Shown here in pieces: positions 1 to 13,559 of a DNA stretch of 64,000 nucleotides (within the stretch, counting starts at the first letter, position 1; each line of letters begins with the position of its first letter). Under the pieces are notes generated by a model, which was not told where the DNA came from, made no database searches, and worked only from the letters and a program-made list of their open reading frames with translations. Location: the NCBI GenBank assembly GCA_965153285.1, contig OZ229110.1. One strand, written 5' to 3'. The DNA comes from Podarcis tiliguerta (lineage: Eukaryota). A program made the position numbers and the translations under genes.

Positions 1-3000
1 GCAATTTGACCAATTCACTTAGGAGAGAGGAAATTAAAAGTTACCATCATCGCTATCAGCTGCAGGGAGTAATTTATCATTTTTGTTCCTCGTCAGTATC
101 GTGTTCCAACAGCATGCAGCTAGAGCAGATACAATTAGGCAGCTGGCCACAGAAGTAGGAGGATAATGTGCTTTTGATGGAGTTTATCCAAGCATGGAGA
201 TGAAATGCTTGTAAGCCATGCAGCAGAGAGGGAGAGGGAGACAGACAATCACTATGTTCTTGGTGCAGAAATACCACTTTTGTTTTTAAAATGATATTTC
301 TTAAATGAAAACAACTCAGTACCTCAAGATTACTGAATGATCCTTACTCTTCAAAGGGGGAGGGGGGGTACTGAAGAAAATTTACTTCGTTTATTGTACC
401 CTGTACAAAGCCTCATTCCATCTCAAAAGTAGAATAACCGAGGACATTAGGTATTATTCAAGTAGTCTTTGTACCATACTATTCAAAGTTTGATACTGTC
501 TGAAAATTAAATCATCTTCAGCCTTGTACAACTGCTTCTTATATGGCAAAGCATTAGATTTTTATTCCTTGATGAAAGCAGTTCCTCTTTCATTCATCAC
601 TTCCAAGTTGGGGTCTGCAAAGATCATGGAGGGGAAATAAATGGCGGAGAAATTCTCTCCACCCTGGTATAGTAGCGAACTGCTGAACTTTGCAGCCAGA
701 TAACTGGATTCCTGCTCACCTAGCTCTAAATGTCAGCAGTCTATTGCTATAACCTAATTGACCTATAGTGGTGATACCTGAGATTTGGGTCTATTAGTAG
801 CTGCCTGGCTCGCACAATTTCAACAATACAGATTGAGGTAGGAGGGTATTTTTCCTCCCACTGGAGAGTATATGAGAGTTTCGGTGCAAAACTGGGTCAG
901 CATAAGTATGTGCCATGCATCCCCTGACGTCAACACCCCACCCCCAGGATAACGTTAAGTTGTTAGGGGGTGAACGAGATCAATATATGCTTAATCCTGT
1001 TTTCTTCACACCACCATTTCCCTCTAGATAACACAACAACATTTAATACATCCAAGACAGCAATGAGCATGGCAGTCTTTAGCTTTTAAAATTATAAGCA
1101 AATAAGTTCCTGCATATCTGGGGAGTTATCCAATCTACCACCTCCTCTGTGGATGAGCCAGAAGTTATTTGTGGAACCACCCGAGTTTGAATCAGAAGAG
1201 AAAGCAGGGTTAAAATTTGCATTGCCTATCCTTACTGCACCCAACCCCGAAACCAGCCAATCATGTGGCAGAACTCTCAGCAGTCTTTAAAGGGCCCTCA
1301 AAGGCAGATTCCATGCTTTTAGGGTGAACCCTACATGTCCACTCAGAAGTAAATTTCATCATATTCAACAGGGCTTACTGCCAGGTAAGTGGGTGGAGGA
1401 TTGAAGCCTTAGCCATATAGCAAAACTTAATAAGTAACGTTTTAGATGACGGCTAACACCACCAAGAACCTATCAACAGCAATTGATACTGCACTTATTA
1501 ACTGATATTAACTAAAAGCTTCTCACAATACCAGTTTTGTGCTAGGGAGGAAACCATCTATTAAGCTCATTAATTTTAGTATGTATACTGTGCTTTCAAT
1601 CAAGTAAACTTGGGCAATTTAATTTAGTTTTTTAGCCTGCTTAATCCCAAAAGCTCTGTGAATGTAGCAATATATTAAAGCTGATTATCAGACATTTTAA
1701 GAGTACCTATTGGAGGGGAAAAACCAGATATCCATGCACATGGTGTGCTTGTATTTCTGCTCTCTGCTTACAGAGCCCATGAGGTTGGGTAAAGTGGTGG
1801 AAGCACAAGAGGCGGTGCCCTGCCTGTTCAACTGCTTGCAGAATGCTCCCTCTTCCCGGGAGCATTCCAGCGCATGACAGTGCCGCTCATCTTCTCTGCC
1901 CCGGGCATTGAAGCATTGAGGAATGTTCCCCCTCTCATGTGAGGCATGGTGTGGCAGGGGGAGGCACATTCCCATTTCACCTCAGGTGGTGAAATGGGAC
2001 GGGCCACCCGTTTCCTTATATATGTGAAATTTGAAATTGGCCTATGGTGAGAACATGCATACACATGGTCAGCTTCGTCTGAAATGAATTGCCAAAAAGA
2101 CACTGAAGAATAAAATGGTTGTATGGCTTGAACAGCCAAAATACAATTATTTACAGAAATCTGAAATGGTTATTTTGAGTAAAATTGTTTACAGGCTTCA
2201 CAACCCACTTTGCCTAAACACACATCTTACACTTTGCTTGTATCTATGATAGAGATGGGAAGTTGACATATAAGGATTGGGGAATGGCACAGAGGATCAG
2301 GCCCACAATAATGGCGGCCTAGAGCTCCATTGCAAATGGCAGGTGTTTGGGTCATGAGAAAGCAGGGGGTAGAGGAGAACAGGCAGATTTATGAAGAGGG
2401 AGGGAGTGTTAAAATGTTAATAGCTGCCTGTTCCAAGATGGGTAGGAATTTCACAGTGACCTGCAAACCTGGGTCAGTGACTGTATATTAAAGTTTTAAG
2501 AGTGGCTGAACATGAATCTCTAGGTATATGCCAAAGTCTACTTTCCATTGTTGTAGAATGTGTCTGGCTCATAAATATCCCGATGTAAAGCTAAGGAATT
2601 TATAGTAGCAACGTGGGTTGATTGGAACTCTCCCCAAATGGTTCTAAAAATAGAAATATTGCCTTGAAGAACAACGCTCAACTTCCTCTTCCCTTAAGTT
2701 TCTGGACTAAATCAAACAGAAAACACACATAGTGTCAATAACTAGACACAGTATTCCAAGTGTGGCCTGAGCAAGGCATAATAGAGTGGAACTACTTCGC
2801 TTGATCTGGACACTTCTGTTGATGTAGTTTGACTCTGAACTGGGACTCTAACCCATCTTTCCTCAAAGGGGAAAAACAGCCACATTAGTTTTAAGACCAA
2901 AAATGCTATGACATTAAACCTTTATTCTTGTATCTGAAGCCAAACTAAAATTCTACATACAGAAAATCAAAGGTGAATATTTGTCCAGCTGAAGAAATAC

Positions 3001-3961
3001 ACTATTAAACCATCTTCAAAATCTCCAATACATATAATGGATTTATTGTTCATTTACTGCAAGGTTAGGCAGCCTGATGTGATGGATGGACTGTCAGCCT
3101 CTAACTAAACTGCTATACTCCATCACAAAAGGAGTGGAAATTCTGGTCATAAGATGTCAATAATCTTACATGATGAAGTACGCAATACTTGACAAAGTGC
3201 TTTGTTTTTTTGCGCAACACCACAAATCTCTGATCCAAAACTAGAAACTTCCAAACCAAACATTTCACCTGTATCACTATATTTTTAAGACTGGAGAACA
3301 CAAGTGTATATAAAAAGCAACAAATACATGCTTTGGTTCGGAAATGAAGTTACAACCCATACCCCAAACCCACACAAATAAACAGGAAGATACAAGCAAT
3401 GATATATGTGAAGGCTATATGTAGAAACCGCTTTACTGGAAAAGTGGGTGTAAAAATTACAATTCATAGTGAGAAAGGGAGAAACTCCATATGAAAGGGG
3501 TCACAAAGAATTCAGAAGGTGGGTGGAGGATAAATTGTTAAAAGGAGATAGCAGATAAGCTTGTGGCAAGTGGAAAGGAAGGAATGGTGAAACAAGCTTA
3601 CACAGGAAAAAGAGTAAAAAAGTATTAGAATGTAAAAAAAAAGGGGAGGTGAAAGAGAAACAAATTGGTGCCCCTCTTCTGCCAGCGCAGAACGGTTGAG
3701 TGAAGATCTACATCAGGAATAAAGGGGGAATAACGTTCTACATGGCTGGCCCCAAAGAGAGAGGACTTAAGAGGAATGGCATAACTGCTGGTGTAAGGAA
3801 CACATTATACAAGATGGGAGACACTGCTGGACAAGATTGCAATACACCAATGGCTATCAGGTAATGCCAACATTTAATCCCGTAGCCATGGTCCATAGCT
3901 AGCTAGTTTGCAAATGAAGGCTTTGACCAAAGGTTTCAAAAGCGTGGCAATCAAACCCCTA

Positions 3962-4147
<186 letters not shown>

Positions 4148-6135
4148 TTAATCATCTCTGTATAATAGACCTGAAATAAAGCTTATTCTCAAAAGCAACC
4201 TACATGGAAACTAGTTGCCTACCAGGTGTATATGGCAAAAAACTGGAAAGTTTAGCCTCTAAGTGCAAGCTCAGGACTCCCAATGGCTTTATAACTGCAG
4301 TCTTCTAAAAGCACATGATAAATGAAACTCTTAAGGTTCAAAAGTTGCTTGCAATGCTGTTTGCAGAAGATGAACTGGGGGTAGGACTCTGAAGTCTCAC
4401 TTGGATGCAGTTAGACTCTATGTTCTTCAGCCTACGACCAGAAAGTTAAAATTGTCGGGATGCTTTTTTTTATAGAGATATGTTTCTCATAGGGATAATG
4501 CTTCCATTCAGAAAAAAATGGGCTTATATGTGAAGTCCTAAGCGGCAGGAAAATGAGCTCTCTATGTCAAGTACATACAAGTTCCTATATAAAACTGATA
4601 TTTATTGAAGATATATCATATGTAAAGCAATTCTAAGCTGAAGGTGGATTCGCATATTTCATGGCTTGATGAGTCTTATATATGGCATCATCAGAGTCCT
4701 AATAATAGGGCACATGAAAATCAAATCAAGGTGAGGCACAATCCTCAGATTTACAGCAACAGTCTAGCTTTAATCCCTACATATTCCCACATAGTGTTTT
4801 CACACATATTTGTTCACCCATCCTTTTATTTGGATACTTATTTATTTGAGAAAGACTCCTGAACAGCAACTGGGCTCCCAGCAGGACTCGCAAGTCCATT
4901 TATGACTGGACATCTCTCTCTCACACACACACCACCTTCTTTTGTTAAAAATCAAAATTGGTACATTTGTCTGTAATTTCTTTAACCCTTCTTGGCCAAT
5001 TGAATAATATGCAAATATAATGTATGTTCCATATCCTGGATAATGGTAGGGATATGAAAGGCAACTCCATCATTTTACTAACCTTGGAAAAGGCAAACAA
5101 AGGAATACTGCAGAGCTATGGTGTCATAATCATGTCAGCCAATGAGGGACATTTAAACACCTTCTGTTGCTCAGCCATTCTTGTTTGTCCACCATCAGGA
5201 GTGGTGAAATCCAGTGGCTACAAAGCTGAGAGCATTCTCTGTGGCAGCCCCACGGCTGTGGAATTCATTGCCAACTGGACTGTCAGGTCACAACACTACA
5301 GAGTTCTTGGAAATGTCTGAAGGCTTGCATATTTTTTAAAATAAAGGCTCATATATGGGCTTGTTTCCTACTGTTGACTACCTTTGTAATTTTGGGCTAG
5401 CTGTATGTTTTATCAGTTGCTGGGTCACACTATTACATCTATGACTATTTGGTATGATTTTCTGTGTTACTCTGGAACATTTAATACATTACTGCTATAT
5501 GTTTGCACAACTTTATATTATTTTTGATGCCTTATGAGAAATTCTTGAAACTGGGATGTGACTTTTCTAAACAAAGGGGTTACTGAATAGGACTATTAGT
5601 AACTGCTCGTCTTACAGAAAAGAAATCCCTTTAAAAGTCAAAATTTGACACAGAAGCTGTCAGATTTTCACGAGGCTGAGTGGAGTATGACAAAACCATT
5701 ACTCAGGGTAATAAATGCCAGATTCAGAGGTGAAACATATACATTCTTAGTCATCATATGATTAACTAGGTACATTTTTATAATTTCCTCAATATTTGAA
5801 AATCATCAGCTTTATGGAACAATTATTGATTTTGGTTGTTTACTCAGGATGACATTCTTAGTGAATTCATTAATTTTACTACATCTTATACAGAAAAATG
5901 GATAGTCAACATTTAAAGACTTATTTGGAAGTTTTATCTATCAATTCCACTCAAGCAATTATTTTCCAGCCTGCAATGTAAAAGTAGGTTGTTAGGCAAC
6001 AACAGCATCTCAAAGTAGTCATAACCAAAACAGGCTTGTCACTCTTTTAAATCTTTTAGAGATGCACAGGGAGCCTGAACTACAGGAGCCCTATTTTTCT
6101 CCAGGAACAAATCTAAGGCAATGAGGGCTACTATA

Positions 6136-6599
6136 CAGTGGTACCTTGGTTCTCAAACACCTTGGTACTCAAACGACTTGGAACCCAAACACTGCAAACC
6201 TGGAAGTAAGTGTTCCGGTTTGCAAACCTTTTTCGGAAGCCGAATGTGCTCTATTTGAGTGCCACACTTCTGTTTTGAGTATTACGCTGAGGTCTGTCTG
6301 TTTTTGCTATTTATTTTGCATTTTTGTTTTTGCAGCTTTTTTGTTTTGTTTTGTGACTGTGTGAACCCAGTTCAGCTACTGATTGACTGTGTGACTGCAG
6401 TACATTGTTTACTGCTTTCATTTTATGGATCAACTGTGTCGTTAGACAGCAAAATTCATGTTAAATTGCTGTTTTAGGGGTTGTTTTTAAAAGTCTGTAA
6501 TGGATTAATCCATTTTGCATTACTTTCTGTGGGAAAGTGTGCCTTGGTTTTGGAACGGACTTCCGGAATGGATTAAGTTTGAGTACCAAGGTACCACTG
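6136..6599. mobile_element. Non-autonomous TcMar-Tigger-like MITE
   Basis: TIRs CAGTGGTACCTTGGT...ACCAAGGTACCACTG, TA on the left flank. Confidence 0.8.
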
Positions 6600-6953
6600 C
6601 GCAACATTTAGAGGGAGGTGTTACTAATTAAAATTGTGGTTGAATAATTTTGCGTAATAAATATTTTCTCTTTTTAAGAGGAATGTAGCCTATTGTGCTC
6701 TAGATGGGAGGGGGAAACGAGGCTGTTGGTCTAGGGTTGTACATTATCAGAGCATTGAATGCATTCAATTTCACACAGCAACAATGCTGTTCTTATGAAA
6801 ATATAAGATTGCCTTTTCAGATAATAGTTAAAAAGGGGAGGGGATTAGAAAGGAACTTCCCCCCAATTGCTTCAGTTAAGCACACCTAAGTGGTACATGC
6901 AGCAATGTTTGTGTGATTTTCTCTAATCTTATTTACAGAGGTGCTACAATATA

Positions 6954-7498
6954 CCGTATTTTTCGCCCTATAGAACGTACTTTTTCCCCTCCAAAAATGA
7001 AGGGGAAATGTGTGTGCATCCTATGGGGCGAATGCAGGCTTTCGCTGAAGCCTGGAGAGCGAGAGAGGTCGGTGCGCACCGACCCCTCTCGCTCTCCAGG
7101 CTTCGCGCAGCTCTCCGCAAGCCGTGGGAGCCCAGCGCTGGGCTCCCATGACTTGCGGAGAGTTGCCTGCATGCCGAAGCCTGGGGCGCACTGAGCTCAG
7201 TGCGCCCAGGCTTCAAGCTTCGCGCACCTCTCCGCAAGCCGTGGGAGCCTGGCGCTGGGCTCCCACGGCTTGCGGAGAGTTGCCTGCATGCTGAAGCCTG
7301 GGCGCGCTGAGCTCAGTGCGCCCAGGCTTCAAGCTTTGCGCAGCTGTCCGCAAGCGGTGGGAGCCCGGCGCTGGGCTCCCACAGCTTGTGGAGAGCTGCC
7401 TGTTCTGGGGGCTGGGGTCGGGGGAAGCCCTTTATTTCCCCGCCAAAAAACTAGGTGCGCCTTATGGGCCGGTGCGTCCTATGGGGCGAAAAATACAG
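6954..7498. mobile_element. Non-autonomous TcMar (Tc2/pogo-like) element with internal palindrome array
   Basis: TIRs CCGTATTTTTCGCCC...GGGCGAAAAATACAG, TA on both flanks. GC/CpG-rich interior. Confidence 0.85.
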
Positions 7499-8269
7499 TA
7501 TGTTTACATGGAAAGCAATATACTTCTTAACCAATCATCTCGTTTCTTCTACCATTAATGGTGTGGTGTACTTGTTAGTGTTGCACTAGGACCTGAAGAC
7601 CAGGGTTCAGATCAGTCAGTCATTGTCTCTCAGCCCAGTCCGACTCTCAGGGTATTGTGAGGAAAAATTATGTATGTCACTCTAAAGTCCTTTGAGGAAA
7701 GGTGTAATAAATGAAATGAAAATACTCTTTAGCACTCAGACTTCGTTCATAACACTGAATATGCAAATATTCAATGATTTTAGCAAACAATATAACTAAT
7801 AATTATAGCATAATTAATTACAATATAATTAATGCAGCTCCAAAGCCTATAATTAAGCATACCAGAGACAGAGCATGACCAGGTGGAGAAAATAAAAGAT
7901 GGAGAGACAAGCAGAAATTGGAGTTAAGTTTTAAAGACAGCCTCTTGAGACATTTAACAGGTTCCAGATGGAACCAACAGAGAACTGCACATCACTTTTG
8001 ACGTATAGATGTTGAATGAACAATGGGCAGGTAGCCATTACACCTCCTTATTTTATTTCTGTCTTTATTAGTTTTGTGGTGGGAAAGAAGAGAGAAAAAC
8101 TACTACGAGAAGGCTGCAAAATCCATAAAGATGTGAGCAAATTCCAAAATATTAGTATCACGGACTCCATAATTTATTAACACTGAATGGCTAGGGGGAA
8201 ATAAAACATATTATATGTAAGAACAGCTTGCACTGTGTTAACAATTATACATTCTTTTCTAGAAATTTA

Positions 8270-8509
<240 letters not shown>

Positions 8510-8811
8510 TTAGATTTGACTTTAATTTGAAATATACGAGGAAATTTACCACAAGCAAAAACAGACAAATCTACTGTTTTGAGGAAAAACCTATTTTTAA
8601 AAAATCCATTTCATGGGATTCATTGTTGTTGTCTTGGTAGAAACAAAGGCATGGCAACAACTGGGGTAAGTGGTGATAAGCAGAACCTGAGACAGATCAA
8701 CGGCTCTGCATACATGACAGCTGTCACACAAATGCATGGAGTATACAGTGACTGCTGTTTCAGTCAATATTGCTCATTTTTATTTATTTTTTTAGGTCTT
8801 CCCTTGCTATA

Positions 8812-9037
8812 CAGTGGTACTTCAGGTTAAGTACTTAATTCGTTCCAGAGGTCCGTACTTAACCTGAAACTGTTCTTAACCTGAAGCACCACTTTAGCTA
8901 ATGGGGCCTCCTGCTGCTGCCGCACCACTGGAGCCCAATTTCTGTTCTTATCCTGAAGCAAAGTTCTTAACCTGAAGCACTATTTCTGGGTTAGCAGAGT
9001 GTGTAACCTGAAGCATATGTAACCCAAGGTACCACTG
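8812..9037. mobile_element. Tigger-like MITE, family A
   Basis: CAGTGGTAC...GTACCACTG TIRs, TA TSD. Reverse-complement relative of 27522-27747. Confidence 0.85.
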
Positions 9038-12000
9038 TACCAGGCTTGTTCCTGGACTATCAGCAGTATCTCTGTGCTACAGTAGACAAAGAATAGTTAA
9101 GTCAACAATCTCTTTCCAAAATGACAGTGCTGTATTTGGTAAGCAGGGGAACACAGGAAAACTCGCCAAGTAGCACCAGAAATGTGTTACCACATTAGCA
9201 GAGGAAGGTAATGGAGTGATGCATTTTATCTGATTTATATTGTAAGCTTCCTAGCAATGAAAAATGCCTATATCATCCAAAAAGCAGGGCGATGTCTAAC
9301 AAATATACCACCCTTTTATAACATTCATATTTTAGATAACATAATGACCAAACAAATGAGGCCTATCAGATGATGTGCTGCTTTGTTTGTGTAAAAACCC
9401 GAACTAGGATGAATTCTGTTGTTCTTTGTATATCCAGCTTTTAAAAGAGACATGAAACTGAAGGCTAGTTACAAAAATTAAAATGCAACAGGCAAGTGGA
9501 GTGGACCAAAAGGTATGCAAGCACCAATTAAACATATGCGCCAGAGTTTCTTTGTGTTTCTTGTTCAGCAGCCACACTAAACAATTTTATTCAGATGGAA
9601 GGCTACTTAAATAGCAGTTGTTGAAAAGGAAAACAACCAAACTCTGCTCCAATGCATGCCCACTGTGGCCAACGCGTCCCTGGGTCACAAAACCAAACAG
9701 AGCCTTAAGGGTACAAATCAGACCACAATAAGCATGCTCAGAAGCTGTGAGCCTGTGCTCTTAATGTTCCTGACCAAGAAACACATTAGCCACAGAAAAC
9801 TTACACCAGCATTTCTTGTGCAGCTTATTAAATTAAATCCAAGAAGCACTCTTTTAAAGTAAGTACTTTGCAAGCATAAAGTGAAGAAAAACATAACACT
9901 ATAAAATTAACGTCCAATAGAAACTGTAGATTCTTCCATTTATTTATGTGAGATGAGGCAGTTCTATTAGCACAACATAGGAGTTATCTCACCTTCTCCC
10001 AATTCCCACCATTTTAAGTGCAGCCCAGTATGCCCCATTTCATAAGAGGTTGGTGATCCTGCTTTAACACTACCACTAGGTCCACCCATTCATCAACTCA
10101 CGTCTTGCTTGACAGCCAACTTTCAGAATTCAGTTCAGCAATAGGCCTGGAGCTTTCTCTGCTTGTGGCTTATGGCATTCAGGCCATTATTTGGATGCTC
10201 ATTACGGTTTTACAATGCTTCCATGAAAAGCTTGCTTTTTTAAAAATTGTCTTTAGCAGAAAAGTTCCAGCCCAAGAAGTATTTAAATTATTATTTATCT
10301 TACCCATCTAAAAACACAATAGGAAAAGGAGCCAATATATTTTGAATAATTCACTTCCGTGATGGGTCATTTTGGTTTCTTTAAACCCCATGGTATTTAC
10401 GAAAGTAAAACCACTCCTATGCAAGAACCTTTTATTTCATACATATTCCATTACTTAGTTTTTAATCTGATTGAATTATTTCTCACCACACGTAATATTA
10501 AACTGCTGATCAGACATCTCTTAGAGAAGCGCACTTTAGAAATTCATAGGTTTGTCATCTGTGTCCTTCTCGACTCACTGCCCCCAAATCATTTGTCATT
10601 AGTAACAGCTCACACGGGGAGCAAAGCAAGATGGGAAATCTTTTATCCCTCAGCAATGCCTCACAAATGTAAGGACATTAAAAGGGTACGATCGTAGTAA
10701 CTGCAGGGCTAGAGGCATAGCTGTAAATTATTATCATTTGAAGGTGGAAAAGCAAATATAACCAATCACCTTTCTCATATAATACTTTTAGCTCCACCCT
10801 GAAAGCCCCCTATTTTAGGCTTTTGGAAAGCTTGAGGTAGAAGATGACACAGCAACCAACCATTAGCCCACACTGTGACAACAAAGTTAAGTCAAATGAA
10901 ACTACGGCTGGAATAAATGATTAGCACTTGGCTAAAGCGGTAACAAAAAGATGATCACAGAAACACAAGTATTGATACTTTTCCTTCTTTGTTCTGGGGC
11001 CTTAATAAAGTTGCACACATCTGCTGTGCCTTCCAAGCATAAATGAAGCCTAAATATTCTTCAGCCAGCACAGCTTGTACACTAAGGTTGCAGTATCTAT
11101 TTTACCTCAAAGGTGCAATGTAAACTTTTAACTTCTCTGGAATATATGAAACACTGTGATGAAAGGTACTGTGAACAACTGTTTTAAACTAGTTGGCAAA
11201 ATAGCTCACGAGCTACAACTGCCCAAAGGAGGAAGTGTCCTATTTAAAATTCTGCTAAATGAGCTGTACAGTTAAGCTAGTGGCATTGTATTGAACAAGG
11301 AAAGTTGATATATGCATGTATATCTGACAGCTAGTTAATTTTGAGCATCATGTTCCTCAGCCCCAACATATTCTGCTTTGGCAGAACTTTCACCATTTTG
11401 GTCACATTTGCCATTTGAGAAGTTTCTAGGCATTTCTTCCTTTCTTTTCAGTTTGAAGGCAACCTATGCTTATGTCTTGGAGAACAGAAATGAGATACAG
11501 AAATTAAAGGGCAATGAAGAAAAACTTTTTTTTTAAAAGTGATACACCTTTTTGTGTTTTACTTGCTTTTAGTTTTTATTATATTTTGTGCATGCCCTAG
11601 ATATATGGAAGGCCATTAATAACTAACAATAACAAAAATGAAAAGAAGCCATGCCAGTACCACTCCCATTAATCAGGTTACACACACACACATACACTGT
11701 TGTCATGTCAAATCTCATGGATTATAATAACCTGCACTAGACTATATCAAAGCATATTCCTTATAAATCTCCATCTTTCCTTCCACCGGGCAAGGAGGTT
11801 ACTGGACCTCTAGTCTAACTCTTGAAAAAGTTCCACCCTAAAATTAATGTAGCATATTTTTATCTCAATGGTGTCTGACAGAATTATCGGTCTGTTGCTA
11901 CACATGATGCAAAAGTAAATTGCATCTACTGTGGACGTTCTGCTGTTTCAACCCCACCTGCTGGCTGATTTATAGAGGAACAAATGAAACCATCTATAAA

Positions 12001-12222
12001 GCCTCCATTAACCTTCTAAACTAGTTGGCATTAGAGCATCAGATACAAGTGCCTGAAGGTGTAAGAGCTCTGTTTAAAATACTGCTAAATGAACTGAACT
12101 ATCAGGCTAGAGAACTATTAGTGTATTTTATTGGGAGTGAGAAAGGAGTATAAATATTAAGCGCTTAACATCTATTTTCACTCATCAATCTTTTCTGTCC
12201 CCAAAGTGAAGAACTGTTTTCT

Positions 12223-13559
12223 TTCTAAAATAATTTTTATTACATTTTCAGATTATGCATTTCAAAATGAACATCTTTCATTATAACCATCCATTCAATG
12301 ACTTCCCTCCCTCCCCTTCCAAGGTTGTTTTAATTTACCCACTGTTCCTGCATATATTGTATATCCATCTAATTAAGTTCTCCAATCTTATATCCCACTG
12401 CAATATATTATACTGTTGAATTTACTGTAATACTGTGAACGTTTTCAACTGTGTACGTATTTTCTACATACTCAGCAAAAAATTCCACTCCTCTTTAAAT
12501 ATCTGTTCTTCTTGCTCTCTTATTTCACTTGTTAGACTTGATAACTCTACATATTCTAACATCTTAAGTTGCCAATCTTCCTTACTAGGAACCTCCCTCA
12601 CTTTCCATTTTGGGGCTAACAAGATCTGAACCGCCATTGTTGCATACATAACTAAGTTTTTCTGAGACCTGGGCACCTCTGTCTGCACCATTCCTAACAA
12701 GAATGCCTCTGGTTTTGGGGGGAACCTTGTTTTAAACATTTCCCCCCCATCTCATTTTATATCATTTCCCAATATTCTTTAACAATTTTGCATGCCCACC
12801 ACATATGAAAAAAAGTTCCTTCTATTTCTTTACATTTCCAACACAAATCTGATTCCAATTTATACATATTAGCTAGTCTACTTGTGGTTGGATACCATCT
12901 ATGAATTCTTTTCTTGTAGTTCTCTTTCAACAAATAGCATCCTGTGAATTTCAACTCTTTCTGCCAAAGATTCTCCCAGAGGTTTAGTTCTATATTATAC
13001 CCTATATCAATTGCCCAGTGGGTCATTGAGGCTTTAACCAGCTCACCTTTTGTTTCCCATTCCAATAAAAGTTTGTACATTTTAGACAATAGTTTTTCCT
13101 TTTTCTGCAATAACCCTTTCAAATTGTGAGCTTTGGTCTTATCTAATTTAAACATATAAAGTTGATAATACTGTAACCAATCAGTAACATGGCTCCTTAG
13201 TTCTTCCATAGGTTTCAATCTGGGTTCATTCCCTGTGAAATCTAGCAAGTATCTATAGGATGCCCACTGTCTATCCATGTTGATGCTCTTGAATGTAATT
13301 GCTTCAGTTGGCAATAACCATAGGAGAGTTTTTCCTTCTAACAGGTTTGAATATTTCCCCCACTTTGTACAAATTCCTCCTAATAATATGGTTCACATAA
13401 CTCTTATAGATTTTAGCTTTCCCATAACAAAGACATGCATGCTAGCTGAATTTAATATCATTGCCTTCCAAATCTAAAATGTGAGCATTTATAAAACAAT
13501 CCATTCCCTTAGCCAACACAAACAAGCCGCCTCATAATAAAAGCAAAGGTCTGGCAGCA
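12223..13559 (-). mobile_element. 5'-truncated L1-clade LINE (ORF2 C-terminus + 3' UTR)
   Basis: Degenerate ORF2 with CCHC knuckle CWKC...FFHMWWAC and LPDL.FYYEAA. AATAAA on the minus strand at 12236-12241. 14-bp TSD AAGAACTGTTTTCT at 12209-12222 and 13560-13573. Confidence 0.9.

Noticed and set aside
7047-7395. CRISPR-like repeat-spacer appearance
   Set aside because: Eukaryotic intron, the units repeat one another rather than having unique spacers, there are no cas genes, and it is bounded by transposon TIRs.
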